Virus record (IMG/VR): IMGVR_UViG_2718218452_000011
DNA from: a virus
Lineage: Duplodnaviria; Heunggongvirae; Uroviricota; Caudoviricetes
Direction: 5' to 3' (one strand)
DNA length: 49,640 bases
The translations under genes and the position numbers were made by a program. Positions 46,161-49,640 of this stretch are shown here, in pieces. Within the stretch, counting starts at the first letter, position 1; the number at the start of each line of letters is the position of its first letter. Under the pieces are notes generated by a model that saw only the letters and a list, made by a program, of their open reading frames with translations, did not search any database and was not told where the DNA came from.

Positions 46161-46706
46161 ATGTTGCATTTAAAAAATATTACTGCAGGCAATCCGAAAA
46201 CCGCAGAACAATATCAGATGACAAAACAACATGGTATCACCTGGCTTTTTTCGGAAGATGACAAAAACTGGTATGAAGAGCTGAAAAATTTTGCCAGTGA
46301 CACCATAAAAATGGTTTACACCGGAGACGGGCGCGTGGTGTGGGTCGGTAAGGATGTGACAGGCATTGAACCCCGTAACGCCAGTGTAATTGAAGTTCCT
46401 GATATTACCGCTAACCGCCGTATTACCGTGCCTGGTTACTGGTTTTACCGCGACGATAAATTTGTCTTCGACTACAAACTTAAAGCGAAAGATGAGCGTG
46501 ATGCCCTGTTACAACAGGCCAGCATCATGACCAGCGAATGGGAAAAAGACCTGCTGCTGGGATTAATCAGTGACGAAGACAGGGAGAGGCTGAAAGCGTA
46601 CCGCATTTACGCGAAATCGCTGCAGGCGATGGATTTCAACATTATCACTGATAAAACCTCATATAACGCCATTGAATGGCCCGTCTCTCCGGAAGCCTCT
46701 TCCTGA
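46161..46706 (+). CDS. Tail fibre assembly chaperone (181 aa)
   Basis: Position immediately downstream of the fibre gene; size typical of Tfa/gpG chaperones. Confidence 0.5.
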   Translation: MLHLKNITAGNPKTAEQYQMTKQHGITWLFSEDDKNWYEELKNFASDTIKMVYTGDGRVVWVGKDVTGIEPRNASVIEVPDITANRRITVPGYWFYRDDKFVFDYKLKAKDERDALLQQASIMTSEWEKDLLLGLISDEDRERLKAYRIYAKSLQAMDFNIITDKTSYNAIEWPVSPEASS

Positions 46707-46729
46707 TTTAATTTATCGCGAGAAAAACT

Positions 46730-48163
46730 ATGTCTGTAGTGATATCAGGTGCGCTGATTGATGGCGCAGGCATCCCCATGTCCGGATGCCACATAATTCT
46801 GAAATCCCGGGTAAACACCTCAGAAGTGGTGATGCGCACAGTTGCTGATGTGGTAACGGGCGCTGACGGTGAATATTCATTTGAAGCACAGACCGGGAAA
46901 TACTGCGTATATCTGAAACAGGACTGGCGCGACGAGTACTGTGTTGGCGATATTGCTGTATACGATGACTCAAAGCCTGGCACGTTGAACGACTTTCTGA
47001 CCGCTCTCGATGAAGGCGATCTTAAACCGGATGTTGTGAAACGTTTTGAGGAAATGGTGGGGCAGGCGCAGCAGAGTGCGGAAGCCGCCGCCGGAAGTGC
47101 GCAGGAAGCAGGGAAGCACGCTGCCAGCATCGAAGAAGCTAAAGAGCGTGTTGAAACGCTGGCCGGGGAGGTTAAGCAGAACGCTGATGCTGTTGCGAAA
47201 GACAAGCGGCAGGTCGAAACCCTGGCATCACAGGTTGAGGGTACCGCCTCAGTAGTCAGACAGGATGCGGAAGCGGCAAAAAAAGCCGCATCCGATGCAG
47301 AACAAGCCAGGGATGATATTGAAACCGCGTTATCTGCGACACTCAAAACTGCTAATCACCTGTCTGAAATTGCCGCAGCAGGTCAGAATGCTCTGCAGGA
47401 ATCACGCTATAATCTGGGATTAAAAGACGCAGCCACAATGGATGTGCAGAGCAGCATTTACGACCGGACTGAAGGCCGAGTAGCAATACCGGGGACTTTA
47501 GGATATGGGGCGTATTACCGGACTAAAAAGACATTCAGCGCACAGAATGGCCCTGCAGAATTTCTGTCCTGGGTGCAAGAAACTCCGCCTGGTAAATATG
47601 CAGTTACTCAGAATGGCGGTGCAAATTATAAACCGATTATAAATGGAACTACTAACTTTACTGGAATTATCGAAATACAAATACTTGATGTATTAGATGA
47701 TGATAGCAATCAAAAAAATAAAGATAAGAAGCTGACCTTCGAGAATGTTAATGGCGAAACCTATTCGTGTATGATGCGCGCGGTATCCAGCGCGGCTTTT
47801 CTGACTGACTGGATAAATGAAAGTCTGCAGGCTGGTGATGTTCTCAGCGTTCTTTTATCTAAAACAAATACGTACGGCGACCCTGGGCTGAATGGACTCA
47901 TCCTCGCAGCTTACCAGGGAAATGCTGACAATGACGCGTATATCACTCTTACGAGAGGGGCTTCATACTCTGGCTCATCATTAACGGTTGTATCAATTTC
48001 CGTACTGAACAACAGAAACAATAAAGCCACTTCCACGCCTACAGTTACGACTCGTGGATGTCGGGGATGGAGTTTGCCGGGAGTTTATACAGCACTAAGT
48101 GGGGCCGCCGGCAATGCTACTGGTGATAAAGCGATTATTGGTCTTTTTATGCGAGTGAGGTAA
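46730..48163 (+). CDS. Side tail fibre protein (lambda Stf / Rac StfR-like N-terminus), 477 aa
   Basis: N-terminus MSVVISGALIDGAGIPMSGCHIILKSRVNTSEVV...YDDSKPGTLNDFL resembles the conserved prophage tail-fibre N-terminal domain as recalled; Ala/Glu-rich coiled region follows. Confidence 0.65.
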   Translation: MSVVISGALIDGAGIPMSGCHIILKSRVNTSEVVMRTVADVVTGADGEYSFEAQTGKYCVYLKQDWRDEYCVGDIAVYDDSKPGTLNDFLTALDEGDLKPDVVKRFEEMVGQAQQSAEAAAGSAQEAGKHAASIEEAKERVETLAGEVKQNADAVAKDKRQVETLASQVEGTASVVRQDAEAAKKAASDAEQARDDIETALSATLKTANHLSEIAAAGQNALQESRYNLGLKDAATMDVQSSIYDRTEGRVAIPGTLGYGAYYRTKKTFSAQNGPAEFLSWVQETPPGKYAVTQNGGANYKPIINGTTNFTGIIEIQILDVLDDDSNQKNKDKKLTFENVNGETYSCMMRAVSSAAFLTDWINESLQAGDVLSVLLSKTNTYGDPGLNGLILAAYQGNADNDAYITLTRGASYSGSSLTVVSISVLNNRNNKATSTPTVTTRGCRGWSLPGVYTALSGAAGNATGDKAIIGLFMRVR

Positions 48164-48732
48164 TGATGTCGGAGATTGCTGCTATCAGGAATGCACGGTA
48201 TCTGGAAAATGGCGCGGTTGACTGCGAGGTTTTGTTCAGTGACCTTCCGAATTTTCTCCCCTATACAGCAACCAGTACCGATTCTGCCGAAACAGGACGT
48301 CGGGTGTGGCAAGAACTACAAAGCGGGAGATGGGGTGAGATTACCCCGTTCGTCGTTACACCAGAACTGCTGGAGGCCGTAAAAGCAGCCAAACGTCAGG
48401 AAATAGAAGAATGGCGTACAGAGCAGGAGGCGCAGCCATTTATTTTTGAATATAACGGTCGCACCTGGAACGCTGGCCCCGACTCAATGGCTCGTCTTTA
48501 TCCGGCAGTAATGGCATCAAAGTCTGAAACAGCGCGAAAAACCATGGTATGGAGCGATGCGGAAAACCAGCAGGTGAAGCTGTCAATGCCGGAACTGGAA
48601 GAACTGGCAGCAGCAATGGCGCAGGCTGTTGTTGAACGCAATGACGAGATTTATCGCCGTCAGCGAGAGAAGAAAGAAGCGTTAGACACTCTGGAGGATT
48701 TAGATGCGATACGAGCATTTAATGTTGAGTAA
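48163..48732 (+). CDS. Tail fibre assembly protein (Tfa-like, 189 aa)
   Basis: ATGA-coupled to the Stf-like gene; sequence type typical of lambdoid Tfa (from memory). Confidence 0.65.
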   Translation: MMSEIAAIRNARYLENGAVDCEVLFSDLPNFLPYTATSTDSAETGRRVWQELQSGRWGEITPFVVTPELLEAVKAAKRQEIEEWRTEQEAQPFIFEYNGRTWNAGPDSMARLYPAVMASKSETARKTMVWSDAENQQVKLSMPELEELAAAMAQAVVERNDEIYRRQREKKEALDTLEDLDAIRAFNVE

Positions 48733-48904
48733 CGAATAGGTCGCAGTGAGTTGTTCTGGTATCTGAAGAATGAGGCTCCGGTTGCTGGCTGCAGTCGGAG
48801 GTTTATGATGTGTACTCTCACATTGTTGAAGAAATCAATTGCGCAATTGGAGAGCAGGAACGTAAGAAAACAAGAGAAAGTCTACAATCGCTTGTAGGGT
48901 GTCA

Positions 48905-48945
48905 CTTCTTGATTTTTGCATAAATTTTATGATAAAATCATGAAG
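48905..48945 (+). promoter_or_regulatory. Candidate sigma-70 promoter for the terminal cargo gene
   Basis: TTGATT..(about 18 bp)..TAAAAT in an AT-rich spacer; a perfect 14-bp palindrome CAATTGCGCAATTG lies about 60 bp upstream (about 48836..48849). Confidence 0.3.
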
Positions 48946-48968
48946 TAAAAGTGATGGGAGAAACTTTC

Positions 48969-49640
48969 ATGAATATGCCTCATTGTGTTCTGCATACAGG
49001 AATTGATTCGGATTTTGTACTTAGTAAACTGGGCTTTACAGAAAATGATATTCGCGATGCGTTAATGTCTGCTTTATACGAGCGACGCAAATCCAGTAAG
49101 CTCCACCCTAAAGTGGATGCTGGATTCCGCTTTTGGAGTGAGATGGTTGCCGCGCTTCGCCGTATTCTGATTGGTAAGGGTAACGGCTGGTCTTCTGAAG
49201 TAGTCAATCGCATGGAAATGGTCGTTAATTCAAGCAAAGGGGTTAATCTGATTATTACCTCAGGTGACGGACATACCGGGCGTCCTGATGGATTGCCTAA
49301 AACCAAAAATGCAAAGGGAGAGGCAACTCGCTCGATTGTTCACAACAATCCGGGTACATTTGATATGTTCCAAGCAGATACCTTACATTCAGGCAAAGCT
49401 GAGATCACGCCGATAGATAGCACCCGAACTTATATCGTTCTGTATTATTATGATGCGGCAAATAAAGAAATTCGCTGTGAGGTATCGTATCCGGTAGGGA
49501 TGGTGAATCAGGACGGATTTGCCAGAGTAAGCGCGTGGAGTGAGCGAATTATTTTAGCTCCTCTGCAATTTGAAGGTGCGGATATTTTCCCTGAACAGGA
49601 TTTTGATGATGACATATCAATTTCAGTTGAAAGCAAATGA
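48969..49640 (+). CDS. Hypothetical 224-aa protein of unknown function (cargo gene at the fibre-distal end)
   Basis: Track ORF 48951..49640; GGGAGA RBS before ATG 48969; AT-rich relative to the tail genes; no recognised domain. Stop codon coincides with the window end. Confidence 0.45.
   Translation: MNMPHCVLHTGIDSDFVLSKLGFTENDIRDALMSALYERRKSSKLHPKVDAGFRFWSEMVAALRRILIGKGNGWSSEVVNRMEMVVNSSKGVNLIITSGDGHTGRPDGLPKTKNAKGEATRSIVHNNPGTFDMFQADTLHSGKAEITPIDSTRTYIVLYYYDAANKEIRCEVSYPVGMVNQDGFARVSAWSERIILAPLQFEGADIFPEQDFDDDISISVESK

Noticed and set aside
46708-47346. 212-aa minus-strand ORF inside the Stf-like tail-fibre gene
   Set aside because: Ala/Ser-rich antisense translation of the Ala/Glu-rich fibre coiled region.

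Overview
The window is essentially one integrated prophage (about 49.6 kb) of Escherichia/Shigella type, read left to right from the integrase stop codon at position 1. All calls rest on reading the supplied ORF translations and the raw sequence, plus recalled family knowledge; no searches or computations were run. (1) 1-9500: a Rac-like early/immunity region on the minus strand (int, xis, ydaC-like, Lar/RalR, RecT/Redbeta-family annealing protein, RecE-like exonuclease, racC, ydaE, kilR) followed by racR repressor and divergent ydaS-ydaT. Predicted product lengths match recalled E. coli K-12 Rac values (YdaQ 71, Lar 64, RacC 91, YdaE 56, KilR 73 aa). (2) 9500-17560: lambda-like replication genes (initiator plus a P-like helicase loader), several small genes, a hok-family type I toxin locus, and a nin-like region ending in a YbcO-like nuclease, a Q-like antiterminator and a terminator. 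(3) 17560-20440: an AppY-like AraC-family regulator interrupted by a frameshift, a lysis cassette (two membrane proteins, M15-type endolysin, small lipoprotein) and a reverse-oriented KTSC-domain gene. (4) 20440-48732: ParB-like gene plus a 310-aa partner, terminase small and large subunits, portal, MuF-like protein, then a Mu/SfV-like contractile-tail morphogenesis module ending in two tail-fibre/chaperone cassettes. Notable events: a 1310-bp IS3-family element (IS629/IS1203-like) with a 3-bp AAT target duplication splits a head protease/scaffold-like gene, so the prophage is probably defective for head assembly. An AT-rich single-gene insertion between baseplate W-like and J-like genes encodes a 386-aa protein with an HsdR-N/Mrr-like PD-(D/E)XK nuclease motif and an uncharacterised C-terminal domain, with its own promoter-like sequence and terminator; this is my top candidate for an undescribed anti-phage defence gene. 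Other candidate cargo: an uncharacterised 224-aa gene at the right end, a convergent pair of small genes between ydaT and the replication genes, and the ParB-like plus 310-aa pair. No rRNA, tRNA or CRISPR array was recognised. Adjusted start sites, promoter hexamers and terminator coordinates are approximate.
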